Shown here in pieces: positions 30,439 through 46,309 of a stretch of 64,000 nucleotides of DNA. The notes below the pieces were generated by a model, which did no database searches, had not been told where the DNA came from, and saw only the letters and a list, made by a program, of their open reading frames with translations. The DNA is taken from assembly GCF_009914755.1 (NCBI RefSeq), contig NC_060926.1; one strand, written 5' to 3'. The position numbers and the translations under genes were made by a program. Numbering within the stretch: the stretch's first letter is position 1; every line of letters begins with the position of its first letter. The DNA is from the human T2T-CHM13v2.0 reference genome, Homo sapiens.

Positions 30439-31519
30439 CATTTAAAGCTGCAGGGCCATAGGAGACCGCACTGGAAGGGAATTTGGATGGGGACCAGCCC
30501 CGGGGACGTGAGCTCAAGCATGTTGAGGAGACAAAGCACCAAGAAAGGAGAGAGAAGGAGCAGTAGAAGAGGGACTTTGGGTTCCCATGCTGAACAGGGT
30601 CCGCAACAAACCGTTAGGTGAAGCAAGAGCAGTTCAGCCCCACATGGAGCAGGAGGCGCTCGTGTTGGTGGGGAGGGGCCGGCGTCAGAGCCTCCCCACC
30701 GTGTGATCCCCCACTCTCCCTCGGCCCTGGACCACCAGTCACCCCTGGATTTCATTATAGCCCAGGTTTCACCACCGGCCTCGGGGGAGGGCCCAACCTG
30801 CTGGCCCTGGTACAGCCAGTACCAGCCTGGTGGCCATGGCCGGCCACGACCACCTTCTCAAAGCCTGAGCAGAGGCTGCGGACCAGCATGCAGCTGACCG
30901 CAGGGCTGACACCCTGTCCCCTTTACTCTGGCAGGAAAATGCGGTCTCACGGGCCCCGTCCTCACCCCTCCACTCTTGAGTCTCAGATCCCCCATTTCCA
31001 CATTCTGAAGTCCCTCACCCTCTCTTTCCCATTCTCTCTACGTAAACTCAAATGTTCTCTCACTGTTTTCACCAGAGCAGCAATCCCTGCGTCAGCTTTG
31101 GCGTTCAGGCTGTGCCAAGGGCAGAACATCGTTCTCATTAGTAGAACCCCCTTCTGGGTGGATCCTTCCCAGGTGCATCCTGCCCTGTCTCCAAGGCAGC
31201 CCTGGCTATTGTCAGCCCTTATTTCAAATGGCAACTTGTAACTTCTCATTGCCTGAGTATAGGCGAATGCAGAGAAATGGAAAAGGGGGGAGAACCATGT
31301 TTTCCAAGGAGCAGAGGGAGGGAGCAAGTGGGGCCTGGGGGTCCCGGACAGGCACTGTCTTCCAGGGGACTGCTGAGTGGTCCGCCCTGCTCCAGTCCAG
31401 GCTTATCTGAAGCGGGTTTAGCAGAAACCCCCATGCGTTTCCTGTCTGTGGCTCACCCCCTTCTGACACCCGTCTTTCCTTATTTCATGCTCTTTTCATC
31501 ATTTCACATTGCAAAGAAG

Positions 31520-31597
31520 GGACGCACCCAGGTCACCTCCCAGAACTCTTAGGAAAGGACGCACCCAGGTCACCTCTCAGTACTCTTAGGAAAGGAC
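31520..31597. repeat. 37-bp tandem duplication
   Basis: gacgcacccaggtcacctc at 31521 and 31558. Confidence 0.9.
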
Positions 31598-31985
31598 TTT
31601 TGTAAGAATATGGGTTCTGATGACCCTGCCTGGTGGGCCGCTGATGGCCAGTTGGTTACAGCCGAGGTCACATTGTTCATTCTGTGCCTGAGGCTGTTTG
31701 CTCAGAATGAGCCAGTGGCTGGGGCGTTAATTGGCCCAGTCTGCTATGTGATTAGGGGGGGGCTTGTTAAGTCCCCAGATGTCTTCCGATGGGAAGGGGC
31801 CGCATGAGCGTAGAGTACTGTGTTGAAAATGTCAGTGAGCAGAGAGGCAGTGCTATGAAAAGCCTGTGTCAAGGTAGTGTTAGGTCGAGAATACTGAATG
31901 CCCAAGTGGCATTGCTATGATGGGTCTTACTATGAGAGTACATGTCAGCAGGTGACACATTTGGGAGGCAAAGAATCATGTAAAC

Positions 31986-32342
31986 CAGTGGTCCCCAACC
32001 TTTTTGGTACCAGAGACCGGTTTCATAGAAGACAATTTTTCCACAGATGTGAGGGGCTGGGGGAGGAGGCTGGGGGCAGGGTTGGAGATGGTTTCAGGAT
32101 GAAGCTGTTCCACCTCATTCTCGTTCTCATAAGGAGCACACAGGCTAGATCCCTCGCAAGCACAGTTCACAACAGACAACTATGGGAGCTCTATGAGTAT
32201 CTAACGCTGCCGCTGACCTGGCAGGAGGCGGAGCTCAGGCGGGAAATGCTCTCTTACCTGCCAATCACCTCCTGCCGTGCAATTCGGTTCCTCACAGGCC
32301 AGGGACACTTACTGGGCCACAGCTGGGGCTTGGGGACCCCTG
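31986..32342. mobile_element. MER1B hAT-Charlie element
   Basis: TIRs cagtggtccccaa / ttggggacccctg; perfect 8-bp TSD ATGTAAAC at 31978-31985 and 32343-32350. Confidence 0.92.
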
Positions 32343-34302
32343 ATGTAAACAGTGTGGTGGCAGAGGTAGTTAAGAGGTTTTTGAGTTTCTTATTGTTTCA
32401 TTTGTGCTTGTCTTTTGTTGACTGCCCTATTGGTTAAATATGTCACTAAAAGGAGAGCTGCCTCTACCTGTGAGAAGACTTTTCACAGGTGCCTCGTGAG
32501 CCCCGGGGAGTGGCAGGGCCCCAGCGTGTGGGCACGCATCAGGTGCAGGTGACTTGAGCACCGCAAGGTCAAAACACGCCTCGCAGTGTGCTCTGCTCAA
32601 ACCAGGTGGTGTGGACGCTGTGCAAGGCCACAGAGGAAACAAGCATAGAAAAAAGGCTCTGGTTCTTGGCACCAAAATTGGTTCTGCAGAGGAGCTGGCG
32701 AAAATACCAGAAATCCATGATGAAACGGAAGATAACTCTTACAATAATGAACCTCCTTCCCTGTCTTTCATCATTGCTAATCTGTGCGTTTAACCAATTT
32801 CAACATGAACAGTCATCTGTGTGCTGCCGCCACAGAATCCCGTTCTCTGTAGCGTCTCTCTGGGTGACATCCTCGGGGTCCTCATGTCTGCTCCCGGTCA
32901 CCGAGTCTTAAATATCTGAATCAGCAAGAGGCTGGATGAAGAAACTGGTGCTCGAGGGACCACTAAGTAGGTGGCGGTAACAAATGTAGCAATTCAGGAG
33001 CCGCCCAGCAGTTTCCCATGTGTCTCACAAACTCTGAGAGGGAAGCCCGTGGGCGCGACCCAGCCCGAGGAAACTCAAGGCCACTGATTGGAGAGAGGAG
33101 AGAACAGGGGTGGGGGAATTGTGAAACCAAGAAACACACCATCGTTTCTTGGAAAGAGCTTTACTACCCAGAATATGCATCAGGGGAACACAGCATGCAG
33201 ACTCAAGGCCAGTGCCCCAGAAACAAGTTTGCCAGGGGGTTGATTTGCTTAAGAGCGGATTCACTTAATGCACCAATTATCAAACCAAAGAAAATGCATT
33301 TCTTTTAACAGTCTTAAAATTAGCAGATGTGTGTCAGATGGATTCCTGCTCAGTATTTCTCTCCAGATGTGAGCATCAATCACGTTGAAGGACGCTGGGC
33401 AGGGTCTGGAGGTGACGCCTGCGCCTTTTCCCACAGCGTCAGAACAACACAACTTTGATTTCTCCTCTGTCAAAGCAGGGACAAACAAGCTGGTCCAGAT
33501 CCCTGATATGCTGGAGGAAGGAGGGCATGTGACCCTGAGACCCCCATGAGCAGCATCCTGTCCCCAAGCCACGGAAGCTCCTGCTCCCTTGGCCAGGCCT
33601 GCCCCTCCCTCCAAGCTGTGCTGTGGACATTCGGTGACGCACACGCCTGACAAGGCTCTCCTTGCTGGCCCTTAGGAGGGATCGGTGAGAAGGAAGGGGA
33701 AGCCAGCACGTCTTGATCTAGCCCAGGCAGGCATAATCTCTCTCTCAAGTCATCTGTGCCACTAGGGATTTGGGAATGGGCTGTTTGCTATATAGAGTGG
33801 GAGGGCTGTTCCTGCCTCCCACGAGGACACAGTGCTGTGCACCATAGAATCGAAAACTTGAAGATGTACAAAATTAGGATGTTAGCACCACTGGCATCAG
33901 ATAGGCATTTTAGGATAGATTTGACTTAACACCCATGTCCTATCCCAGGAGCTGCCCGATCAGCAGCCCCTTCTCAGCCTTTGTCCCTCCTGACCCTCTG
34001 CTTGTCCTGGGTGTAACTTTCCCCACACTCTCTTGACTTTACTCTGTGGTTAGTTTGAAGCCTCCTCTTTTTCCCGCTGGCCCATTATTGGAATAAATTG
34101 CCAATGACAGATCTTCCCGGAGGGTTTCGTCCATATGCTTTCATGGATGGATCTTTTAAATGGTCAAAGAACAGATAAATCCTGTGTGATTTAAACTGCT
34201 TCACGGCAGAGTGTTCACTAGCCTCGCCCTGACACCTCATATTGATGAAGATAAAGAAAAATATATACATAGCCCTGTTAAATCATCATATAAATAGACC
34301 TA

Positions 34303-34465
34303 AGGCTGCACTGTCCAGGACAGAAGTTACTAGCCACTAGTGGCTATTAAAATTAATTATAATTAAATAAAATAAAATTATAATTAAATAAAATTTAGCT
34401 CTTCAGTCTTATTAGTCACATTGCAGGTTTTTGATGGCCACATGTGGTTAGTGGCCACCATATCA
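34303..34465. mobile_element. MER3/MER33-like hAT fragment (a second one lies at ~35350-35540)
   Basis: actagccac..gtggcta motif with AT-rich core. Confidence 0.6.
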
Positions 34466-34782
34466 GATCTTTGCAGAGGCCCATTTGGACTAAGGTAGCA
34501 AAAGTCTTAAAAGTATGCTCACCTGTTGAGCCAGCAGGTCCTCTGCTGGAAGTCATCATAAGGAGAGAATCAGACAAGGGTTACAGGAGAGAAGAACTAG
34601 AAAGACCCTAATGTCCAAATGTTCAGGCTTTGGTTAAATACCAAATTTAACAACGGATTTAACAATAGGTTGCTCAGCACCCAATGAAAATAATGATAGA
34701 AATAAATTGACATTAATAGTTCACAAGACATTGTCCAGTAGAAAAAGCAAGTTGTGAAAATGTAATTTTATCCCATTTTACT

Positions 34783-35084
34783 TTTTTTTTGTTTGTTTTG
34801 TGAGACAGGGTCTTGCTCTGTTACCCAGGCTGGAGTGCAGTGGCGTGATCATGGCTCACTGCAGCCTCGACCTCCCAGGCTCAAGTAACCCTCCCACCTC
34901 AGTCTCCTGAGAAGCTGAGACTACAGGCATGCATCACCACACCTAGCTAATTTTTTAAATTTTTTGTAGAGATGGGGTCTCTCTATGTTGTCCAGGCTTG
35001 TCTTGAACTCCTGGGCTCAAGTGATCTTCCCACTTCAACCTCTCAAAGTGCTGGGATTACAGATGTGAGCCACTACACTTAGCC
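34783..35084 (-). mobile_element. AluJ
   Basis: gatcatggctcactgcagcctcgacctcc, ctcctgggctcaagtgatc. Confidence 0.9.
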
Positions 35085-36583
35085 AGATTTTACTTTTTTA
35101 AAAAAATACGTAGAAAAATCCAATAATGGTAGCAGAAGCTCAGCACTCATTGAGCCCTCTCTGGATGTGGCTCTACGTCGTGTGTTGGAGTCTAGTCCCT
35201 TCTCTGTCTCCTTTGCTGGAACTTCTTGGACTCTTTAAATATTCCCTTTCGCAGGGTCGAGGGCCCTGGCCTCAACTCTCTTCTCTGCTCTGTGTCACTC
35301 ACTTCTCCAGTGACCTTGTCCAGCCCCAAGGTTTTAAATGAGTTCTAGACCAGCACTGCCTGATGGAACTTTCTACAGTGATGGAAATGTTCGTATCTGC
35401 ATGACCCATGTGGCAGCCACTAGCCACCCAAGGCTATGGAGCACCAGAAGTGTGGCTAATGCAACTGGGGAAAAAAAGTTTTAATCGTATTCAATTTTAA
35501 TTAATTTAAACGTAAATAGCTGCATGTGCCCTAGCAGCTAGGAGCTACTACAGCAGCTAGACAACACATCTAAACAATGAGTCCCAAGTTTACACCCACA
35601 TCAGAGACACATCCTCTGAACTCTGACTTTTGTAGGCAAAGGCTTGCACGACACTGCGGCCAAAGTGTTCCACTGACATCTCTGTCCCAGCATGTCCAAA
35701 ACAGAAGTTGTGATTTCTCCTCCACCTCCAAGCACCCCATCCCCATCTTGGATGCAGGCTGTTGCCAAAGTTAAGTTCCCAGGACTCATGGCTGTCTCTG
35801 CTCCTTCCCTCTCACCCCACACCCCACACTCAGCCAGTCCCGTGGCTCAACCAATACAGCCACTGCTCACCGCCCTCAATGCCAGCCTCAGGTCACGCCA
35901 CACTGTCTTTCTTGTGGACACCACAGGAATCCACCCCACACACACACTTACTCTTCTCTCCCTCCACCCTCACCGTCTTGTTGTCCATTCTCCCCACATC
36001 CCCCAGACTCATGCCTTAAAAATGTGGATCAGGTCATCCCCCGGCTCATAACCCCCACAGAGCTTCCATCACATTTACGATGAAATTCGCCCTCCTCACC
36101 CCTGCTCACCGTGGGACCTCACTCCCTCCTCCATTTCCTCCTTAGCGCTTCTCCAATGCCCAGTGAGTCATTTCCTTGTTAGTGTCTTATCCCTGCCGGC
36201 ATCTAAGCCCCATGAGGGTTCTGCTGCTTTGGCGCTGTGTCACCAGCCCCCAGCACAGTACTGACCATGGAACGACTCCACAGCTCTCTGGGCTCACATT
36301 GGATGATGACCTCTTTCAGCTTCATCTCTATTGTCTCCTTTAACCCTCAGACACCCCTGTGATGTGGTTACTTTTACTGGCCCCATGCACAAGTGAGAAA
36401 CTGAGTCTGGGGCGGGTTACCCAGCTGTGATGAATATCTGGTAAATGTTTACTTTTAGCATTCGCGGGTCTATCTGCAGTGAGTGAGAGCTTGCTGTGTA
36501 TTGGTGTATTGTCTCGTATTATTGTTCCTCTCATCTCCTATTTCCCCCATAAATATATATTACATCTAAAATAATTCACTCTA

Positions 36584-36703
36584 GGCCAGGTACAGTGGCT
36601 CACACCTGTAATCCCAGCACTTTGAGAGGCCGAAGAGGGTGGATCACCTGAGGTCAAGAGTTCGAGGCCAGCCTGGCTAACATAGTGAAACCACGTCTCT
36701 ACT

Positions 36704-36737
<34 letters not shown>

Positions 36738-36890
36738 AAAATTAGCCAGGCATGGTGGCAGGTGCCTGTAATCCCAGCTACTCAGGAGGCTGAGGCAAGA
36801 AAATTGCTTGAACCTGGGAGGCGGAGGTTGCATGAGCTGAGATCGCGCCACTGCACTCCTCAAAAAATAATAATAATAATAAATAAAATA
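36584..36890 (+). mobile_element. AluS with expanded central A-tract and small 3' deletion
   Basis: Linker is ~28 A; right arm ends ctgcactcc|tcaaaaa; (AAT)n tail. Confidence 0.92.
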
Positions 36891-37878
36891 ATTAGATCTA
36901 ATTCCTTAAATATCTAATGTGTGTTAAAACTTTTCCGCTCATCTCCAAATAATGTCCAGACCTTACACTTGCTTGCTGTATCTTTTAAGTCTCTTTGAAT
37001 CTGTAAGATCTCTTTTCAGCTCTGTTTTTTTAATTTGAAGCTTATGTGTAGAAGAAAGCTAGCTGTTTACTTTTGTGGAATTTTTCACAGTCTGGAGTTA
37101 GCTGAGGATATCCTCGTGATGTTTGCACCAAAGTTCCATTGTCCCTGTTTTCCTGTAATCTGGTGGTGAGTTCCATAGAAGTGGTCCTCAGAGTGCTCTC
37201 ATCTTGAGTGTTTTAGATTCATTCATATCACTTGGGTATTAAGAAGGTTTTAAGTACAGAAAAGATTATCACATGTTATTATTTTTTAATGTTCTACAAA
37301 TACAAAGTAGGGCCAAAGTAAACCTTCTTGAAGGGAACATTGGTTAATAGTCACAGCTTTTAACTCCTTCTGTCCCCAGAAGAGCCCAGAACTTCTTAGG
37401 CACCCATCCCTGTCCTGGACCCAAGGGACCTGGGGCTGTGCACAAAAGGAGCAGGCCTCCTCCTGGGCACCCTGGAGCTTGCATTGGTGCTGATTTGTGT
37501 CTTGCTTTGTATCATGCTTGTGTCAAGTTCTCCCAGTAACTGCTTTCTGCATTTGTTAGGGTAGCCCCTCAGCTGTGGTTATGGTAGAAATTAATGGATA
37601 TTCTCCAAACCCAGGAAGAACTAGGAGACCATGCATAGCCGGACTTGGGTGACTCATGCCCTGGGGGAAAGGCTGAAGCCCAAACGGAACACCCTGTTTT
37701 AAAGGACACAGCCTACAAATCAAATATTAGGACTGCCAACCTGCCCTGGAAAGGCAAATAGGTGGTGACGTGGATTTGTGATCTCTGCAAACAGAGGAGG
37801 TTCAGAGAGAATCTGTGAAGGGTCTCCTAGTATGAGACACGGGCAAACCGTGGCTTGCTTTAAAAAAAATTTTTTTTT

Positions 37879-38190
37879 GACCAGGCTCGGTGACTGATGC
37901 CTGTAACCCTAGCACTTTGGGAGGCCGAGGCAGGTGGTTCACCTGAGGTCAGGAGTTCGAGACCAGCCTGGTCAGCATGGCGAAACCCCATCTCTACTAA
38001 AAATACAAAAATTAGCCAGCCATGATGGCAGGCGCCTGTTGTCTCAGCTACTCAGGAGGCTGAGGCAGGAGAATCGCTTGAACCCGGGGGGCAAAGGTTG
38101 CAGTCAGCCAAGATCACACCACTTCAGTCCAGCCTGGGCAGCAGAGCGAAATTCCATCTCAAAAATAAATACATAAATAAATAATAAAAA
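37879..38190 (+). mobile_element. AluS
   Basis: Full dimer with (AAAT)n tail. Confidence 0.92.
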
Positions 38191-38848
38191 TCCATTTTTT
38201 TGATCATAAGGAATTTGAAATCACCCTTAGCCGGACTAGTTGGAATCACGGACACAGGCAACTCTAGAGATGAAAAAAATAGGGGCTAAAACAGGGACTC
38301 CGCTGCCAAGGCAGGGCCTGGAGGGGAACATTGGTCTGAGATGTTTTAGGAGATACTCTGAGGCTCCGTCTCTCAGCGCCTGCCGTTCTCACATCACCAC
38401 TCACTTCCTCTTCATCTTTTTTATCGTCATCTTGGTCTTCCCCTTTAGAGGATCTCCAGGAACTTGAGTGAGTTTCCAGCTCCCTCGTGGTAATTCCCGA
38501 CACGCGTTCCCAGGATGAGGAGCCTGGGTCCCCGGTGCTGCTCCTCAGCAATGCTGCCGTCTTTCCGTCCTCTGCCAGCCGTTAGCCCTGACGTGAGGTT
38601 TACTTTGGTTGCCACGCTTTCAGTCATTTGGCCCCTGGATCCTGTGACTCACTGGATCTTTTGTGCTCCAGTCCCCAACTCAGGGTCACCCTCAGGAATC
38701 ATTTCTCCATTACCTGGGGTCTGTCCTCAGGCTGTTTTCTCAGGCATGGCATGGAGTGTGGATTTTGTCTTTGAGGATCTGTTCCACTTGCCTGGGAGTA
38801 CAATCTGACCTCACACGCTTTCCCCTACAGGCTGTGGGGATGCTTACC

Positions 38849-39620
<772 letters not shown>

Positions 39621-41403
39621 GGAGCCACTGCCCCACGGCCAGCCCTCAGCCTTGCAGAAGGGCCCCCTGCATGACCTCCACTCTGTTGGAGGCCGCCGGT
39701 TCTGTCCACCATGCTGGTAGGGATTTTGCCCGCCCTATAACAGAGTGGTCTTGTCAGTCTGTGTAGGCATCTCCTACCATCCAGCGACCCCTCTAATCTG
39801 AAGACTCAGCTCTTTCTTTGTTTCTTCTCTCTGGTTAGGAGAGTTTTCCTGTGTTGTTAGGGTGACGGCTGCCTCAGTGGCATGGCAAAAACTCATGGTC
39901 GAAAACTTCACCCAACCAAGCCGTGCAAAGGAAATACAGGTCTTTTATTTCCCATCTGCTCCCCCTCGTGAGACCCCACCCCTTGAGCAGCAAGACAGTG
40001 CAAGCTTCAGGGCTTCAGATCTCCCAGACTCTGCTCACTTACCGGGTCTCTGTTCCTGGCTCAGCTTCTCTTCCAGAGCTCCCCACAACCCCACCTCTGC
40101 TCCCCAACCCATGCTTTTGGCCAGGCCAGCAGCTGGGCCTTGGGAGAAAGGCTCATGACCCTCCCGGTGGCCAGGTTGATGGGGTCTGGACTCCACACAC
40201 TGTCCCCACCTCCTTGCTGGTCCTGATGCAGAGTGGAGGGCAGGTCAGCTTGCAGGATGGGGACCGCTGGCTGGTATGTGAAGGGTACTGGCCGGGCACT
40301 GAGATACGGATGGCACCCACCACTGAGACCCTGATCCCAGCCACATACCCACGTGCTGTGGCCTCTTCCACCAACCCCAAGCCTCTGCCAGTCCCCTGGC
40401 TGCTCCTCATCGCATGCAGTCCTGCTGGAGCATGGTTTAAGGATCACAGGGATGTGGATTCCCCACCACCCCAGCACCCAACGCAAGTGGAGGCCCACAG
40501 GACCCCTCATGCAGGCTCTTCCCCCGCCTGTGTGCTGGACCTTGGGGATGGCCACAGTGGGAGCTTCCCCCTGCTGTGCCTTCAGGGGTGGCCACCAGCC
40601 CCGCCATCCTGGGCTCTCCCCAGTATTCCTGCATGTTGCCACCACACCCCTGTCTAGATTTCACCCCAAGAGGGGCAGAGCAGGGCACAGGTCTGACCCC
40701 TTCACCCTGCGTGGCTCACCAATCCTGTCCAGACCCCATCATAGGAGCGGCCTTTCCTTCCTGTTCCCGTCCTAGAAGCGTTTTCCTTCCCTGGTATACG
40801 CCCTTTCTTCAGAGGCTGCCGGGCCTCCCTTGAGGACAGGAGTGCCCCCTTGGCTCTGTTCTGCCCCACCAGTCACAGCTCTGGCATGCGTGTCCCAGGG
40901 CCCTCTGGAGGTGGGACTGCAGAGGACAGTAATGTGGGTCCCCTGCCCCAAGGACAAGGACAGCACTTCCCTTCCACCCCCATGCATCCCCGTCTCCAGG
41001 GCTCTGTCTCCCCTGGGAGCTCACTTTCTCGGCCTTTGCCATCATCTCCCCACTGTCTCCCATCGCTTAGTCCCTTTTCTCCACATTCTGGGAGGGAGAG
41101 CAAACTTGACTTCGAAATCAGCAGTTCTCAAACCTTTGGGCCTCAGGACCCCTTCACATTTCCTAAATTACTGAGAACCCCAAAGAGTTTTATTCATATG
41201 GGTCATATCTATTAATATTTACCACATCAGAAATTAAAACTGGGAGTTAAAAATATTTATTTATTCACTCATTTAAAAATAACAGTAAACCCCCTACATG
41301 TTAATATAAATACAGTTTTTATAAAAAATGAGATTTTCCCAAAATCAGAGTGTGAGTAAGGTGAGTGGTGTTGTTCTGCTTTTGCAAATCTCTTTAATGT
41401 CTG

Positions 41404-41873
41404 TGTAGCAGGACAAGCCACAGACAAGAACTCCTCAGACACCGAATTGTAGAAGGAAAGGGCTTTATTCAGCTGGGAGCATCGGCAGACTCACGTCTCC
41501 AAAAACCAAGTTCCTCGAGTGAGCAATTCCTGTCCCTTTTAAGGGCTTACAACTCTAAGGGGGTTCATGTGAGAGGGTCATGATCGATTGAGCAAGCAGG
41601 GGGTACGTGACTGGGGGCTACATGCACCTGCACCAGTAATTAGAATGGAACAGAACAGGACAGGGATTTTCACAATGCTTTTCCGTGCAATGTCTGTAAT
41701 CTATAGATAACATAACTGATTAGGTCAGGGGTCGATCTTTAACTACCAGGCCCAGGGTGTGGCGCTGGGCTGTCTGCCTGTGGATTTCATTTCTGCCTTT
41801 TAGTTTTTACTTCTTTTTTCTTTGGAGGCAGAAATTGGGCATAAGACAATATGAGGGGTGGTCTCCTCCCTTA
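41404..41873 (-). mobile_element. LTR2-family (HERV-E/Harlequin) solo LTR, antisense to MLPH
   Basis: Reverse complement starts TAAGGGAGGAGACCACCCCTCATATTGTCTTATGCCC and ends TCCTGCTACA; 4-bp TSD TCTG. Confidence 0.82.
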
Positions 41874-42081
41874 TCTGGAACAATAGAAGATGGGTGAATT
41901 CTCCACTTGCTTCTGCATTCAGTGGGTCGTAACATGTTTTCTAGGCTGTAGTATTTGAAGAAAATCTAGGCTCATACAGATACATAATTGAAAAAAGGAG
42001 TACTTGAATAGCCTTTGTAGACAATAATTAACATCATGTGTTGTTACAACATGAAAACCCGGCAGTTGGAGTTGGTAGTTT

Positions 42082-42084
42082 TTT

Positions 42085-42115
<31 letters not shown>

Positions 42116-42408
42116 TTTTTTTTTTGAGACAAAGTCTCTCTCTGCCACCCTTGGATGGAGTGCAGTAGCGCAATCTCGGCTTACTGCAACCTCCACCTCC
42201 TAGGTTCAAGCGATTCCCCTGCCTCAGCCTCCTAAGTAGCTGTGACTACAGGTGCGTGCCACCATGTCTGGCTAATTTTTGCATTTTTAGTAGAGACAGG
42301 GTTTCACCACATTGGCCGAGCTAGTCTCAAACTCCTGACCTCAAGTGATCTGCCTGCCTCAGCCTCCCAAAGTGCTGGAATTACAGGCATGAGCCACTGC
42401 GCCCGGCC
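42082..42408 (-). mobile_element. AluS nested in Charlie1
   Basis: TSD agttggtagttt. Confidence 0.93.
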
Positions 42409-43124
42409 AGTTGGTAGTTTCTTAAAGGTTAGTTGTGATGTGGAATCTGAAACCATGTTAATGAACTTTTCCTTTTCTGTTTGTTCAAATCCATTGGTCT
42501 CTCTTGCACTTGAAGTGGATTTTCTACCCCTGTGTGATTTTTGTAACACCATGCATTAATCATTTGGAAGACACCGGCTCACTGAGTGATGCAGACTTCT
42601 CAAATGTTGACACATTTCATATGCACACCAAAAGAGAACCACTTCTGTTACTCTCACCAGCGATCTCATCAAAAGTCTCCCGGTGTTGGAAACCCTCATC
42701 AAAAGTCTCCCAGTGTTGCAAACTGTCAAGCTCACAGCAGGCGATATATGTTTTCCAGAATTCTACTTTGTGCTTGAAAGCTTCCGTTTTATTACTGGCA
42801 ATAAATACTGTCACTTCTTTTCCTTGAAGTGAGAGTCGCACTTTGTTCATTTTTGAGAAAATATCTGCCAAGTACCCAAGTCGAAACAGTTCATCTCTCT
42901 GTTGTTCTCTCAAGTGAAAATGCTATTTCATAAGAAAAGTTTCTAGCTCAGGTGGCGATCGGAACAATTGCCCAATCCTTTTAATAGAAATATCTGTCAC
43001 CTTCAACACGTGGCACAAGAGCTTCCTGTCCTCCTCCAAGCTCATCAGGCAGAATCCTCAAAAGACATGGACTGGGGGCCACGGTTCAAAAAGACTCATA
43101 ACTTTTAGGGTTTCATCAAGGTGA

Positions 43125-43452
<328 letters not shown>

Positions 43453-45490
43453 TCATTTCTTTTTCAATGAAGGATCTAATGACTGTCAGAGCAGTTGGGC
43501 CCACTGCCCTGACTCGTGCTAAAGCCTCAGCAGTTTATCCACCATTGTTTTTACACCTTCAGTGCAGGCATCAAAGAGCAAAGAAAAGGCAAATGATGTC
43601 TCAGCATTATTACAAAAATAGCTTTGGCCTTGTGACTCACCCCCCTAAAGGATCTTAGGAACCTCCAGAAGAGAGGTCCCTGGACCACACTTTGAAGACC
43701 ACTCTTCGAAATCATTGGATCTAATATTCCACGGTAGAAATTGTGCCCATTTCCCCCTCCATTGTGAGCTGTGATTTCTCGCCATCTCTGTCTTAACCAG
43801 TTCTTCTCCACCTCCACCAGCATAGCCGGTGGTGCTCCCATCTCAGCCTGGTTTCCTCCTGTGTCTCCTCTGTCCCTCTCATTGAGACTGCACGTACTTG
43901 CTTATGCCCCATTCAGCACACCAAGCTGACTTGTTTCGAGTCTGTTTCTGATGGTAAGTCACATTCAGGAGGGTCTTTTATTCCTGAAGCTAACTTTAAA
44001 TTGGAGCCACGTGCCGGGCTCTTGCCTGTTGAGGAGTGACTTCTGGTCAACCCAATTAGCAGAGTGCATGGAGTGCTCTGGCCCCATTCACTCCTCAGGA
44101 TCGGAAGCTCCGGGTCTTGTTGATACGTCCTGGAGTGGCTGGCAGATGTCATTTGGTCTCCCCAAATGGAGTCTTCTCTGCCCTCCCTTCCTGGTCTCTG
44201 GCTATGAAGAAGGGAAGTTATGTTTTAAAGAATCTAAAGCACAGTACAGTTCTCCTTTCCCCTAATTTCAGCCTCTGAAATATATCAGCCTCCAGCTGCT
44301 GCCCCAGGACACTTCTGGGCTCTTATTTAAGAGGACTCCTCCAGCCTGGAATGCAGGGCAGTACACATGTCCTTGTCTTTCTTCCTGCTGTGCTGGCCCT
44401 CAGGGTACCGTTCTGCCTGGATACAGAAGAAGAGGTTCTCCCTGGGACAGAGGCTAACAAGCCCTGTCCAGCGAAGGGGTGGCCTCCAGGTTTTCTGGTT
44501 GGTGCAGAGCTGGCAAGGGTGGAAATGGAGGGAGTGAGGCCCTTCCCATCTGGCTCCAGGGACTTGTGCTCCTCTGTTTGGGACAAAGACTTTACCTTGT
44601 CAATGCAGCTTTATCTAAACTGTAGTCTGTGGATGGCGGTATCCCCCTAGATTCCTACAACTGCTTGACCCTTTTTCTCTTGGTTTTTGAAGCTATGACA
44701 AGAGCCTGATTTCGTGTCCATCTCAGTGAACATTTTTGTAAATAGTGGAGAGAGGAAAATCGTGAAGTTCAGCCAATTGCACTTGAAACCGGAGGTGGCC
44801 TCCCCCTGCCTGGTGGGACTCCTCCACTCTCTTCACCTTTGCTGCACTCTGGGTGTCCGCCTCCAAATCAGTGTGCTTCAGAGTTCTCAGAAGACAATGG
44901 CACCTAGTGTCCTTCTTGTTTTTGTCACTAAGAATGGATTAATTTTATCTCATCTGAAACTGAAAATATTACGTTTGGCAGACATTCTCTGAAATCTAGA
45001 ACAAAAGAAATGTGTTCATTATCATCTAAGGATACACTTTCCAATCAGTTCAACTTGGCAGGTTCACCAGGAAGCTGTGTTATTTAAACTCGGATGGTCT
45101 AGGAGAACTGTAGACTTCCGGGTGCTAGATGATTCCTGCTCTGGAAACTCACCGAGCCATTTCAGCTGCGCTCTAGAGGAGCAAACCTGGGGCGTTAGCT
45201 CAACTCTTGCCCCCCTGCTGAAGGAGACCAAAACAATGCTTGATCAGGAAACACCATCTGGCTTTGCCCCCAGGATTCTGTGACTGCCCTGGGGAGGGCG
45301 CAGTGACCTGCCAACCAAAATTGGTACAATTGTAAACAGCCACAGAAATGCTTAAATGCAATATCATTTCTATGAAATTAACGTGTTTCCATTCCATTCC
45401 AGCCACCAAAATTGCCCGTTTGAGCTCAGCCCTCAAAACAAAGATGCCTGTGTGGCTTTGCCCAACGTTGGGTCACTGTTTTCTGCATAG

Positions 45491-45838
<348 letters not shown>

Positions 45839-45972
45839 TGAGCCCAGGCCTTGAGGTAAAATGACCTTGATAGTTTCTGGATCTGGCGTGTCCCTTCCAT
45901 GGGGCTAGCTGAAGAAGGGTGGACGCACACATGCACACACTCGTGTGTGTGTGTGTGTGTGTGTGTGAGATT

Positions 45973-46187
<215 letters not shown>

Positions 46188-46309
46188 TAGGAATATTAAA
46201 GCAGGTTCCTTTGGAGTGTGCATGTGTGTGTGTACGTGTGTGTGTGCATGTGTGTGTGCACATGTGTGTGCATGCACATGCCTCTCTGTGAATTCCTGCT
46301 TCTGGCTGC

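Noticed and set aside
42617-42913. Domesticated or active hAT transposase
   Set aside because: Only a 98-aa remnant within an element disrupted by three insertions.
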